IMG/VR virus record: IMGVR_UViG_3300012953_000013
Coordinates: 120,867 to 184,866 of that record
Reading direction: 5' to 3' (one strand)
Source of the DNA: a virus
Length of the DNA stretch: 64,000 bases
The translations under genes were made by a program, and so were the position numbers. Positions within the stretch are counted from its first letter, which is position 1. Every line of letters starts with the position of its first letter. Below are positions 50,201-59,631 of the stretch, piece by piece. The notes under the pieces were generated by a model. That model searched no databases, was not told the origin of the DNA, and saw only the letters and a list, made by a program, of their open reading frames with translations.

Positions 50201-52716
50201 TTATTATATGGTGGTGCTTTTGACTCTACAGCAGGAAACCAAGAGTCTGTGCTTGATGTTTCTTGTATTTCCATAACAGGGCTTAGACAATTATAAAGAA
50301 CTGTCATAACTGCGTCTATTACGCATGCAGCGACTGGTATAATATTGGCTGGCAAGTAGCCATCTGACTCTACATCTTTAGCCCACATAATGCAAGCTGA
50401 CTGCCAAGCTTCTAATATTTTTGAATCTAATATCATTAAACCAACAGCTTTACTTGCATCGCCGGCAAATTGATTGATCGTATCTCCAAATTCTCCACCT
50501 TGAAGACTTGCATCACCACCTAAGCTACCGCCGATACCGTCTATTAAAATGGTATCCATGAAATTTCGTAACTCTTTGTTTTCTTCTGTATCCCAAGTTC
50601 CACAAAAGGTTCTAGTTGGAGAATATGGATTCCAAATTAACCCCGTTTCTTGCATCATACCTGAATACATTTGATCTGTTTGGGCTATTCCCTCAGTAGC
50701 AAAACCACCTGATAACTCATCAGAGGTATTTGAGTGGTTTTTAATATCATCTAGTAGCCCAACAAGATATGCATATAATCCGCCTCTTTGACCAGATAAA
50801 TCAGTCGAAGTAGAAGTTCCGGGATAAACATTAGAGCGAATTTCAGCCTCAACTTTTACTTCTTGAGAGGTATTCGATTTGCCGTCAAAATGTGTCTCTG
50901 TATATGTTATTTCTTCTACAGAAACCGTATCAGAAAAAGTTAGAAACCCTTTCTCGTAATCTTCAACAAATTTTTCTATAATCCCCTTTGCAAATTCGGG
51001 ATAATTCATAATAAAGTGAATACCCCAACATTTGTAAAAAGCTTCAGTATTGGTATCTATTTCCTCTCCTACTCTAAGAAGAGATGGGTTTAAACCAATA
51101 TATTTTCCAAAATTTTTAGAATATCTATCATTGATTATTTTTTGAACATTATAACTGAAGTTTAGCGGACTTGTTGGATGAGTATTGGCAGCAGCCGAGC
51201 CTGTTTCTCCCAAAACTGTTCCACGTTTGTCTAGTAATTTAAATAGCTGTAAAAATATGTTTGACGCGTCTTCTAAATTATCTTGCAGTTTTGAAACCTG
51301 GGAGCTATATAGCCCAAGGTCTATTTTTCCTGAAGAAGAAAAACCTTTATCTACCAAAGATTTTACGCCGGCGAAAGTTTTTTCTGGAATACTCATAGAG
51401 CTAGAATCTGTACCAACTGCCTCAGAAGTTTGATATGTGTCTGAATCTGTAGAAACCACGCAAGTAGTGCTATCAATCGTAAACAATTCAGAAACTAGAC
51501 CATTCTCATAAGATGCAAAATCTGGAACATATTGAAAATATCTTTGTCCAGCAGAAGAGTTAGTTAGCTTTTTATAGTAAGATCCATAGGGATCCCAACC
51601 AAAAACATGCTTAAATAGACTTGGATTAGGAGCTGTTGTGGAAGTGAAATAATTAGATTCAACATATTTCTCTAGCATACCTCTCAAGACTTCATCTTCA
51701 TCACCCTCTTCAGCTATGATTTTGCCAATCTGGCTTGAAGCTGTTAAGTCTCTGCATAGTCTTATTATTCCAACATTTTTTTCTTGAAACCCTATTACTC
51801 CAGAGTTTATATCTCCAAAAACATTGAGAATAGCAGTGTTTTCAGAAGGACTAGGGAGGCTTTGGATTGGATAATCTCCGAGAAATCTGTGGGATCTGCC
51901 AAGATAAGCTTGGTTTGGTGTAGCGATAGCACAAGAAAATGCAAGATCATTTATTAGCTGTAGCAAAAGAGTAGCATCTTTTCCAGCACTAATCGTCCTG
52001 TCAAGGACTATATCCATACTATTATTCCAATCCATAGTTTGGATCATGTACTCTTTAAACGTCGTTCCTATACCACCCATATCAATAGTGTTTGTCGTAA
52101 ATTCAGAGGGGTTAAACTCATAAAACTTAATGAAAGACGTAAAAGATGGACCAAGCTCAGCATATACTTTAAATGTGTAAGCTATTTTTAAAAATGCAAT
52201 TTCTGAAGCTGCAGCTGCCAAAGCAGATTCATACTGGGTTTTTGCGACAAGATAATTCTCATAATCTAAATTAACTGCAGAATTTAGGGCAGCAACAGCT
52301 GATTCTAGCTGCATTTTTCTTTTTGCTATTCTTGCTTTAAGCAATTTAGAGTTTTTACCACTAGAATCCTGCAGAGTAGAAGTCAGCGATTGAAAATCCA
52401 AAACAGATAAAAGCTCTGGCCTTAATACGCAAAGATTTTTAGAATTAAGCATTCTATTTTCTGGCGGAGAAGCATCTATAACAAGGCTTGTGGCTGTGTA
52501 TCTATCTTTTTCTATATTTTTTATAGAAGGGCTGATTATTTCTGCTGCAGCAGCTTGATTTCTTAGTAATTCTGCTTCAGAATAAATTTCAATAGATTCT
52601 AAATCTTGTTGCGCAATAGTCGTATCTTCATATGCTCCGCGAGCTGTAGGATCCAAAGCAGTTTGTTGGTGAACAACAACTTGGTTGGTTTGTACATGCT
52701 TGGTTTGGGCTCCCAT
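47290..52716 (-). CDS. Very large hypothetical protein (1808 aa), probably virion-associated
   Basis: Long uninterrupted ORF, translationally coupled on both sides; no family recognised. Confidence 0.7.
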   Translation of the reverse strand: MGAQTKHVQTNQVVVHQQTALDPTARGAYEDTTIAQQDLESIEIYSEAELLRNQAAAAEIISPSIKNIEKDRYTATSLVIDASPPENRMLNSKNLCVLRPELLSVLDFQSLTSTLQDSSGKNSKLLKARIAKRKMQLESAVAALNSAVNLDYENYLVAKTQYESALAAAASEIAFLKIAYTFKVYAELGPSFTSFIKFYEFNPSEFTTNTIDMGGIGTTFKEYMIQTMDWNNSMDIVLDRTISAGKDATLLLQLINDLAFSCAIATPNQAYLGRSHRFLGDYPIQSLPSPSENTAILNVFGDINSGVIGFQEKNVGIIRLCRDLTASSQIGKIIAEEGDEDEVLRGMLEKYVESNYFTSTTAPNPSLFKHVFGWDPYGSYYKKLTNSSAGQRYFQYVPDFASYENGLVSELFTIDSTTCVVSTDSDTYQTSEAVGTDSSSMSIPEKTFAGVKSLVDKGFSSSGKIDLGLYSSQVSKLQDNLEDASNIFLQLFKLLDKRGTVLGETGSAAANTHPTSPLNFSYNVQKIINDRYSKNFGKYIGLNPSLLRVGEEIDTNTEAFYKCWGIHFIMNYPEFAKGIIEKFVEDYEKGFLTFSDTVSVEEITYTETHFDGKSNTSQEVKVEAEIRSNVYPGTSTSTDLSGQRGGLYAYLVGLLDDIKNHSNTSDELSGGFATEGIAQTDQMYSGMMQETGLIWNPYSPTRTFCGTWDTEENKELRNFMDTILIDGIGGSLGGDASLQGGEFGDTINQFAGDASKAVGLMILDSKILEAWQSACIMWAKDVESDGYLPANIIPVAACVIDAVMTVLYNCLSPVMEIQETSSTDSWFPAVESKAPPYNKQIFTLNSLYASGNMDFIAGFGSFTSINTGYWVPVLNAMVGNMTRSEDKKMLFSGAPISSILGGVIDAMNSSNPLKDMNCTLTKSVNPSVQGVPTLLSLDRPAHYTNELQIPQFGKNKEALIGGVRNFTGAGLTDNSAMFLEFTNSTAQALYGDTGISTDNYGAAAFGTYHHHDTSLGWFYSYGVYLFGNMQSTMGLGDWGAMVNVSDDINNSAATPSQLLDRLTSSALTPEDKLNLILDQWAAAFENAAKTEDDPGDDILTALIYVVILFMGMAGSSIDGKIFPDNAEGLENELRDMFEGMGDQFNVIAEQIGEDPSGLSSEHTMQFLELIDGYFATLAASDIAQSWKLLPWPIWLIHNLAGDASDSPITELLSKSISSISVAEQAGVMDSIFDQSSSWWLDDTQFGGVQLSKSMMVLAKQLLNAEYEDIRLGVGLDILRKYSERISTYAETAVDGLTTESDSEQSSLEILLEELGQTQAGNDVLGNLTPEQLNLKTAALNRQKGDESNGYVSHSEIITPKQLKALELMMQVSSLFDVEGANIKTSVVGIPATLFSTIYDENATYSGPNNTEINSSMSISGKDSPLFGMRVSANLPDYPIFSIIPKLFRFDYELYVQPDAFDELTIDSTTGKLMLEGVAINDWEDLVRATSFTRYRFLTIEGSPGESDPVFKADYAQKEKLSELTTLDSANEDFYDIYSNTLASYLLEKYYKLVVGLGMSEDDFCTAKSGLEIPINEYAIDFASALGSIYTDLESGLDSTKIESLFMPLEDIEALTYNTLSTNASKNASVSSYSNMVSTFSSEIASGEFTEVESSLFESFTNAASSRLFSAESMRDKILGAKYFDRVLYILVDPDEFQIASWDLYKNQIEAGAIKTSITQNCKNIYEGYQQSLINSGEFLITEDDPTIEGLQPVKMRINTRADEGSMSFGSLMFTIVRGVNETAPYGVTLSETDPNNVMITTTNEERDR

Positions 52717-55367
52717 TAGTAACCTCTCCCCATTGTTAGTCTTAAATACTTGTCTTGACTGTGTTCTATTGTTTTTTCTCCCAGAGATTCTGAAATAGAG
52801 CCGTCAGGAAAAACACAATAAAACTTATATTTTACTTCCCCCAAAGCCCCTGCTAATTTTTTTTCTGATAGCGACCAAGCTAACTTCCAAGGCGCAGTTG
52901 CAACAGCAGTAGAAACAATACTTGTGACTCCTCCATAAGTACCGGTTATTAACCAATACCTGGGGCTATTTTCAAAAGTAAGAGTTGCATTCCAATTTAC
53001 CACCCAAGACACAATGTTAGATCTTCTATAGGGATCGTATGTTATATCTATGCGAGTTATTGATGGTTCTATATAAGCGCTCCTAGAAACTGATTCAGAC
53101 TTTACAACGCCAGTGCCTGAAGAACCAAGAGCGAGAATAGGCCAGCCATTGGATCCATCTAACTGATATGTAACATCTGGAAGAGTTTGATTCATTATGT
53201 ATTTTTGGCTTTTAAATTTAGCATAATCGTATAATATTTCATTACCCCTAGCTAGCGGCGGTAAAGGAGTCGTTGTTTTCGACATAATAGTTGAAACTAG
53301 CTGTCCAATATTAGCCGCATACTGTTTTACTCTATAAACATGATCTTTTGTAGTCTGTGCCGTTGAAATTGCTTCTATGGTCTGATTTCCCTGGAGGGGC
53401 TGGACGCTAGTTATTCTCTCCACTGCGCCGTTTTGGAGATTATACCTCTCAATCATATAAGAAGAAATAGTTTTCGAAGTGGCCCAAGTGTCCTCATAAG
53501 GAGTATTTAAGGGTTCAACCAAAGTACCATTATCAATAATCGCGTTTACTATAGAAGAACTATCTTCAGAAACTGTTTTATTTTCTGTAATTGTTATAAC
53601 TGAGCCAAGCATATCTGAAGGGCTGGGGTTTATATCTATATCAAAAGTTATCCCATGGGCAGCTTGATCTGGAGAGTTATAATGCAAGTAAAATGTTGAT
53701 ATCGAGTCGACGACAGAACCCTTTCTATACAGATCGCAAACTATTTGATAACGTCCTGGGTATAGATTTTCCAATGAAAAAGTAGAAGATTTTTCTAGTG
53801 CACCATTAGAAGTGCTTGGGGACTTAGTCAAATAAATCCATCCAGTTCTTGATTTTCCAGTTGGAAGTTTATTGTTGAAATTGCTTGAAGAAACTCTTTT
53901 TATATAGTATCTAAATTCATCTATATATGGAGATACTTTAGACAAGTATATTCCCGCTTGAGCGTCATTAAGCTTAATACACAGAATATTCGGATCACCA
54001 ATAGATGCATCGACTCTTTTATAAACTCCTGGCACAATAGCAGAAAATGAATCCCATGGTACTTGATCTACAGGATAAAGAAACTCGCCAGAGCTTCCGT
54101 CAGTATCGCTATTAACTTCATATAAATCTGCCCAAGTCTTACTTAGGCTGCAACAATCGTAATATCTACTTTCTGATGTTGACGGTACGTCTACCCAAGA
54201 CTCACTAAGCGCAGGAACTATTAAATCCCCTCCGTTATTCCACGATTGAGCATCTTGCTCGTTGTCCCAAACAACCTGCATAAACCATACAAGCATATCT
54301 ACTTTATTGGGATTTGTTACATAGACCCTGTCATGAGTCTCCATGTTGCTAACTTTTACTATTGGTTTTTTTAGAGAAATCGTCGATCTTTTTAGCATCT
54401 CAGATAAACTTATGTTTTTCTTAATAGATTCAGCTTTAAACCTAACTTCTGTGCCTTTGCTATAAAAACTTATCTCTATTTCTAGTGCATCCTTCATAAA
54501 CATATTTGTCATAGTTTTTTGAGCTGAAGGTAATCTAGAAAAATCAATTCTTGGTTTAACAGTACACGGAAAATATTTGTCTCTATATACAGAAAATTCT
54601 GGAAGCCTAACTTGAGCTAATGGATTCCAATTGAACATTTTTTTCCACAAAGCCCAAAATGAAGATAATTTTTTCGAATCGCCGATGTTTATTTTTTCTT
54701 GATCGCTTGATTGAACTTCTCCCAAAAATGAATAGTTGACTAAATTTCTTGGGTATTGGACTTTGCTTAAGTCTATTATAGAAGAAGAATAAACTCCAGA
54801 CAACTCTTTATAACAAGCCTTAAAAGGCTTTTGAGATCCCTCTGGCATATTATAAACAGATAGATCTGACTGGGGTTCGTACCTGTTACTCAATAATAGA
54901 AAGTTTCCTTCATTGAAAACTTTTTTAGAGATTTTAGCAATTGTCGCTTTGCGGCTGCCAGTTTCGCCCATCTCAGTCATTTGCAAATAAGATTTAATAG
55001 AATTGAATTGCGATATTTTTTCATCTGATATGAAATTCGCTAAAGAATACTTTTTATAAAAATAAGAAGAAAACTCTGGATCTGGTTTTCCAGGGAGAGA
55101 AAACTCTGAAGCAAAAAACTCATTAATGTCTGCTTCCATAGAATCAATATCACCAGAAAAATATTGATAGCTCTCATTTAGAGATTTTCCTTTTATTGAA
55201 AAAGAAAATTCATCTATTCCCATAGCCAGTAATTCCACTAGTGGTAAACCAAAGGAAAACTCGAACTTAAGAGATACATCTATCCCAGAAGAATCTATAT
55301 CAAGTTTACCAACAGGTTTAACCCAAAGAACATCTAATTTTTTTCCTTCTTGGATCTGGACTATCAT
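52716..55367 (-). CDS. Hypothetical protein (883 aa)
   Basis: Long ORF with TAATG overlaps on both sides. Confidence 0.7.
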   Translation of the reverse strand: MIVQIQEGKKLDVLWVKPVGKLDIDSSGIDVSLKFEFSFGLPLVELLAMGIDEFSFSIKGKSLNESYQYFSGDIDSMEADINEFFASEFSLPGKPDPEFSSYFYKKYSLANFISDEKISQFNSIKSYLQMTEMGETGSRKATIAKISKKVFNEGNFLLLSNRYEPQSDLSVYNMPEGSQKPFKACYKELSGVYSSSIIDLSKVQYPRNLVNYSFLGEVQSSDQEKINIGDSKKLSSFWALWKKMFNWNPLAQVRLPEFSVYRDKYFPCTVKPRIDFSRLPSAQKTMTNMFMKDALEIEISFYSKGTEVRFKAESIKKNISLSEMLKRSTISLKKPIVKVSNMETHDRVYVTNPNKVDMLVWFMQVVWDNEQDAQSWNNGGDLIVPALSESWVDVPSTSESRYYDCCSLSKTWADLYEVNSDTDGSSGEFLYPVDQVPWDSFSAIVPGVYKRVDASIGDPNILCIKLNDAQAGIYLSKVSPYIDEFRYYIKRVSSSNFNNKLPTGKSRTGWIYLTKSPSTSNGALEKSSTFSLENLYPGRYQIVCDLYRKGSVVDSISTFYLHYNSPDQAAHGITFDIDINPSPSDMLGSVITITENKTVSEDSSSIVNAIIDNGTLVEPLNTPYEDTWATSKTISSYMIERYNLQNGAVERITSVQPLQGNQTIEAISTAQTTKDHVYRVKQYAANIGQLVSTIMSKTTTPLPPLARGNEILYDYAKFKSQKYIMNQTLPDVTYQLDGSNGWPILALGSSGTGVVKSESVSRSAYIEPSITRIDITYDPYRRSNIVSWVVNWNATLTFENSPRYWLITGTYGGVTSIVSTAVATAPWKLAWSLSEKKLAGALGEVKYKFYCVFPDGSISESLGEKTIEHSQDKYLRLTMGRGY

Positions 55368-56332
55368 TATTCAAAAACCAAAGTAAAAATGTTGACAAAT
55401 GTTAGAGAGCCTACTGAGTCTCTGTATAATTTTCCGGCAAATAGCAGGTGAGGGTTGTAGTTGTTATCAACTTGAAATTCTCCAACGTCTACTATTGCTA
55501 ATTTATGCAATTTGTTTTCTGTTAAATCAGTAGAAAAAAGCTGGCAAAGCACGTTATTGGAAAGGCTTGTTTCTGAAAAATTTATCTCTTCGCAAACTTT
55601 TCCTTCTAGATAAGATTCTAGTTCTTCGTAAGTATCAAGTGGTGACTGATTTAAGTTATTATAGTTAGCCATAACGCTTCCAGTCACGGCACCAGTAAAG
55701 GGTTTCGTCACGGGGGGAAGAAATCTATAGTTTAAAAGATTTCCAAACTTATGATCTAAAAAAACACTTTCAGTTTGGTCAACATTCAATACGGTATTTT
55801 CAGACTCAGTGTTTATTGGAGACTCATTTGTTATATTGAACTGTATTTTATTTCTATCAATTCTAAACTGAACATTTTTGCTAAAATTAGATAATACTCT
55901 AGAACCAATAATCATTTGCCTTTTAAAGCTGTTAGTTGAACTATTCATTATTGAGTCTGTTACTAATTCTATGCTACCTGGATTATTAATAGTACCGCCA
56001 TAAGCGCCACCGATATTGTCCACGTCTTGAGACATTGTTAAGTCAAATGGTAAACCACCATAAACTACATAGTCGTCACTCGTGAAAGGCTGCATGGACC
56101 CTGCGGCATCAATCTCGTAAACTATAGTATCATTATCATCAGAAGCTGCTTCAAAATAAATTCTGCTTGCAAGGTCATCTACAACTCCATTAGATCCAGT
56201 TGTATAACTTATCTGCCTGTCAGTTATAGTTGCAAAACGAACGTCGAGTTCACCTCTAGCTGCCTGGTCTCTTCCAGTAACAGTTATTAGTGTATCTAGC
56301 ACCCTAGATTTGCTATCTAAAATTCCGGCCAA
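55367..56332 (-). CDS. 321-aa structural protein; N-terminus resembles the 236-aa protein
   Basis: TTG start with a GAGGA RBS. GILDSKSRVLDTLITVTGR compares with GFLDHSTNNIIVDAVLTDTGR. Confidence 0.6.
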   Translation of the reverse strand: MAGILDSKSRVLDTLITVTGRDQAARGELDVRFATITDRQISYTTGSNGVVDDLASRIYFEAASDDNDTIVYEIDAAGSMQPFTSDDYVVYGGLPFDLTMSQDVDNIGGAYGGTINNPGSIELVTDSIMNSSTNSFKRQMIIGSRVLSNFSKNVQFRIDRNKIQFNITNESPINTESENTVLNVDQTESVFLDHKFGNLLNYRFLPPVTKPFTGAVTGSVMANYNNLNQSPLDTYEELESYLEGKVCEEINFSETSLSNNVLCQLFSTDLTENKLHKLAIVDVGEFQVDNNYNPHLLFAGKLYRDSVGSLTFVNIFTLVFE

Positions 56333-56376
56333 AACAATCCTCTTTGATTTTTAAATATGCACTATAGTAAAAATTG

Positions 56377-56937
56377 CTAATCAGTATTATCATCTATAGC
56401 CAAAGAATCCTCTTCTTGGTCGACTGACTCTTCAATATCTCTAGAGTTTTCAGAAATTATAGATTTCATTTTTCTTACATCTCTAAATTTTTCTGGTCTA
56501 GTACCAGGCTTTCTTTTTCTACTTAAGTAAGCGTCCGGGTCTTCTTCTAAGTTAGACTTAATTTCTACTAATGTTTGTTGTCTTTTAACTAGTTCGCTCT
56601 CGATATCTGATAAAGATTTCATAAAATCGTCGATTTTAAAAATAGCTTGCTGGGCTTTTTCAAGATTAAAATCTATAATGGTTGGTTTGTCTGTTATAAA
56701 TTTGACTAACTGATTAAAACTTTCTAACACCACGCCCACAGCTTCTTCACCAGACTCAAGTCCAGATAGCGCAGTTTCGACCTCTTTTTTAAAATTAGCA
56801 ACTTCTGAAGCCAATATCCTCATTTGATATCTAGAAGAATTTAAGTTTTCCACCTGAGACATTATCTCTTTTTTTTCTTCAGAATATTTTTTAGAATGGC
56901 CAGAAAGAGCGTCTCTGATTTCGTTTATATCCAACAT
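56377..56937 (-). CDS. Coiled-coil hypothetical protein (186 aa)
   Basis: GAGGAG RBS, ATAATTA motif and heptad-rich sequence. Confidence 0.7.
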   Translation of the reverse strand: MLDINEIRDALSGHSKKYSEEKKEIMSQVENLNSSRYQMRILASEVANFKKEVETALSGLESGEEAVGVVLESFNQLVKFITDKPTIIDFNLEKAQQAIFKIDDFMKSLSDIESELVKRQQTLVEIKSNLEEDPDAYLSRKRKPGTRPEKFRDVRKMKSIISENSRDIEESVDQEEDSLAIDDNTD

Positions 56938-56982
56938 TAAAAAACTCCTCTAACATAATTATAATTTCGTTATTTTAACAAT

Positions 56983-57013
56983 AAAAAAGCGGGGGGAAAA
57001 TTTCCCCCCGCTT
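56983..57013 (-). terminator. Intrinsic terminator after the 721-aa gene
   Basis: AAGCGGGGGGAAA-A-TTTCCCCCCGCTT followed by a U6 tract on the minus strand. Confidence 0.9.
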
Positions 57014-57043
57014 AGGGTTAATTCAAGATGAATTGATTAAAGA

Positions 57044-59209
57044 TTATCTACCAGTAATCTGGAAGGTGTCTTTCTGTTCAATCTCAAATTTGCACTTGAG
57101 CCACAAGTCTGACTGATCGCCTGCTGGGTCAAGAAGAATAGCATCAGCTTCTTGTGGAATTTCAAGTACACCTGGGACAGACCCAGCCATACCTTCCATA
57201 ACAACCAAGATCGAGCCGTTAAGATAAACGTCAAGTCTAGGAAGCTTTTCTGCTAAGGTTGATCCAGCCATGGTGTTAAAGTTCCAATAATCACCAAAGT
57301 TATTTGGCTTAAGCAAGTCTCTAACTCCGGCACCAGCGTTACCACCATCGACTTGGTAGAACGAGACAGACCCCATATCATAGAACTGTACATTATTGTA
57401 CTGGTTCCATTGATCGCGGATCTGCTGTAATACCAAGCTGGTAGCTCCAGTATCGGGGTCAACAGAATTGTCTATAAGCTGAACACCAGGAAGTGCGGCA
57501 CCATCATTGAGAGATGGATCAGTTTCAAGCGCAATACTTAAACTCCACAGGTCATCACCGGAAACAGCAGCGGTCGTTAAATCGCCAGCTCCACCAGATC
57601 CACCATGCTTAACTCCATCCCAACCAATTGGCTGGAATCTGTGATAGATAGTCAAAGCAAATGTAGATGGATCACCTTGATAGGCACCCGGAATTTCATC
57701 AGCATATATATCCATTACGGCACCACCCTGCATATTTTGAGCGTCTCCCCACTGGGCATAGACCTCAATAGCTTCTTTGATCGCTTCTAGCTGCCCGAGT
57801 GGAGACACTGCCACTGGACCAAGGCCATGGTCGACCTTAGTACCAATTTCGCCACTCGATGGGTACGCTGAATCAACAAAAGAGAATTCTTTTGATTGAC
57901 CCGTAGCATCCATAATAGTCAGCTTACTCTGGTCTGCTCCACCCGTAAGACTAGCACTCGATACAATTTGATCGAAAGCACCATCTTGTGCGAATGAAAC
58001 CTGGAAAAGAGCAGATACGGATGCATCAGCCTGTATGAGGGCTTCAATATCGCTGAATGACGAAGGACCATTTTGTCCAGCTGGATCTCGGAAACGAATA
58101 ATCAATTCATCACCGGTCTGGCTTAAAGAAACAGAAGATGGATCCGATGATTGAGCGGTCTGAATGACCTCAACGCTAAGGTCGTTACCGGCCGAACCAG
58201 GTGTTACAGCTTCCACGGTTAATACATCACCACCCGTACCTGGAACGACATCGCGAGATGCAACTGTCGTAGCCGTTACCGGAGGCGCAGCTGGGTCGAG
58301 TACAATTCTAGATCTACGTACTTCGCCTCTGGCTGAGATGAGAGCAGAAAATGCACTGATTACGTCAGCGGTGTTCGCTGTTGTAATTGGTCCATAGACT
58401 CCAGTTTGAGAATCAAGATAGATGGATTCGGCAAGTAGTTGACCAGAGAATTTCATCACTTGGTCTCCTGGTTGATCACCAGTTCTTGGCACGAAGCCTC
58501 CTAAAGCTCTTTCAGAATAGCCTGAGGTACCACAAACCCCGAGTTCAAGCTCCATACCTGTTGCTCCAGCAGAGAAATTGTTACTGCTGACAACAACAAG
58601 GCCCTCACCGAAATCAGATTCGAGTCCTGCACCATAGGAACTAACCTTGGTGTGGAACTTGATTACTCCTGTAGGAGCACCTTCAGCTGCAAGAATAATT
58701 GCATCAAGAAGAGCAACTTTTCCTCCAAAAACAGCCTCATAGTTTTCGTATGAAGCAGGCGCCGAAGAGAGTTTAAGCTCATCAATGCTCCACAAGTTGG
58801 CATTGGCGATATTATTGTCATTGAGACGAAGCTCTGAAGCTCCTATCCCAAGTGACATCGCAGCAGCACCGTGCATGTTTGTATGCACCTTGACAGCGAA
58901 CAAATCGTTCCCGTCAGCAGATTCCACAATCGACGTTGGGATGTTAGGATCACCTAGCACCTGAGTTGGATTAGCAAAGTGACCAGGTTGTGCCTGGGAA
59001 AAACCAGCGTGACCATGGATTCTTCGAATTGCAGAAGCCATAATTGAAAGTGCTGATCCCAAGTTCTCTGAAGTAAGATCACTGGTTGCTGCCGGCATGC
59101 CGGAATTGTAGTCCAATGGGACAGAACCAGTATCAACGATACCCGCTTCATCGATTGGATTAAATGACTGCGTAACCGCGTGCAGTCTTAATTTAGTTGT
59201 AATAGCCAT
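57044..59209 (-). CDS. 721-aa Gly/Ala/Asp-rich virion structural protein (fibre- or decoration-like)
   Basis: AAGGAG RBS, beta-rich composition, and the segment VLTVEAVTPGSAGNDLSVEV. The C-terminal DVYLNG domain resembles that of the 724-aa protein. Confidence 0.6.
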   Translation of the reverse strand: MAITTKLRLHAVTQSFNPIDEAGIVDTGSVPLDYNSGMPAATSDLTSENLGSALSIMASAIRRIHGHAGFSQAQPGHFANPTQVLGDPNIPTSIVESADGNDLFAVKVHTNMHGAAAMSLGIGASELRLNDNNIANANLWSIDELKLSSAPASYENYEAVFGGKVALLDAIILAAEGAPTGVIKFHTKVSSYGAGLESDFGEGLVVVSSNNFSAGATGMELELGVCGTSGYSERALGGFVPRTGDQPGDQVMKFSGQLLAESIYLDSQTGVYGPITTANTADVISAFSALISARGEVRRSRIVLDPAAPPVTATTVASRDVVPGTGGDVLTVEAVTPGSAGNDLSVEVIQTAQSSDPSSVSLSQTGDELIIRFRDPAGQNGPSSFSDIEALIQADASVSALFQVSFAQDGAFDQIVSSASLTGGADQSKLTIMDATGQSKEFSFVDSAYPSSGEIGTKVDHGLGPVAVSPLGQLEAIKEAIEVYAQWGDAQNMQGGAVMDIYADEIPGAYQGDPSTFALTIYHRFQPIGWDGVKHGGSGGAGDLTTAAVSGDDLWSLSIALETDPSLNDGAALPGVQLIDNSVDPDTGATSLVLQQIRDQWNQYNNVQFYDMGSVSFYQVDGGNAGAGVRDLLKPNNFGDYWNFNTMAGSTLAEKLPRLDVYLNGSILVVMEGMAGSVPGVLEIPQEADAILLDPAGDQSDLWLKCKFEIEQKDTFQITGR

Positions 59210-59372
59210 TAATATATCTCCTTTTAATGTTGTTATGCTATGTGAACGACAAAAATGCCATTCAAGTTAAACATCAACTTGCTATTAACTTGATAACAAT
59301 ATTCAATGAGAACTTAACTGCTACTATTTTTTTGATTAACGACTGATAACTATAAGGTTTGGATTTTTAAAT

Positions 59373-59597
59373 TCATTTTCGAGGTTTGAATTTTAGCATT
59401 TTTCTCAACGTTCTCATATTATCATCATACTTGGTAAAATCTGACTTTAAAAATTCCATCGCAAGATCTTCTGCGATGTTCATTGGATCTGAAAATTCGA
59501 AACAATAGCGACCGGTGGGATGGATCCCACAGCTTTTTAGTTCTAATCCCTTTAGCATTAAATATGCCGCTATTCCTAAATCACTTGTTTCGTACAT
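59373..59597 (-). CDS. Small protein resembling DUF5659-type proteins
   Basis: YETSDLGIAAYL...RYCFEF...F. ATG 59597 has a GGAG RBS, so it is preferred over the track start at 59612. The family call is from memory of the motif only. Confidence 0.5.
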   Translation of the reverse strand: MYETSDLGIAAYLMLKGLELKSCGIHPTGRYCFEFSDPMNIAEDLAMEFLKSDFTKYDDNMRTLRKMLKFKPRK

Positions 59598-59631
59598 TAA
59601 TTGTCTCCGCATTACTAACTATTCATGAAAT

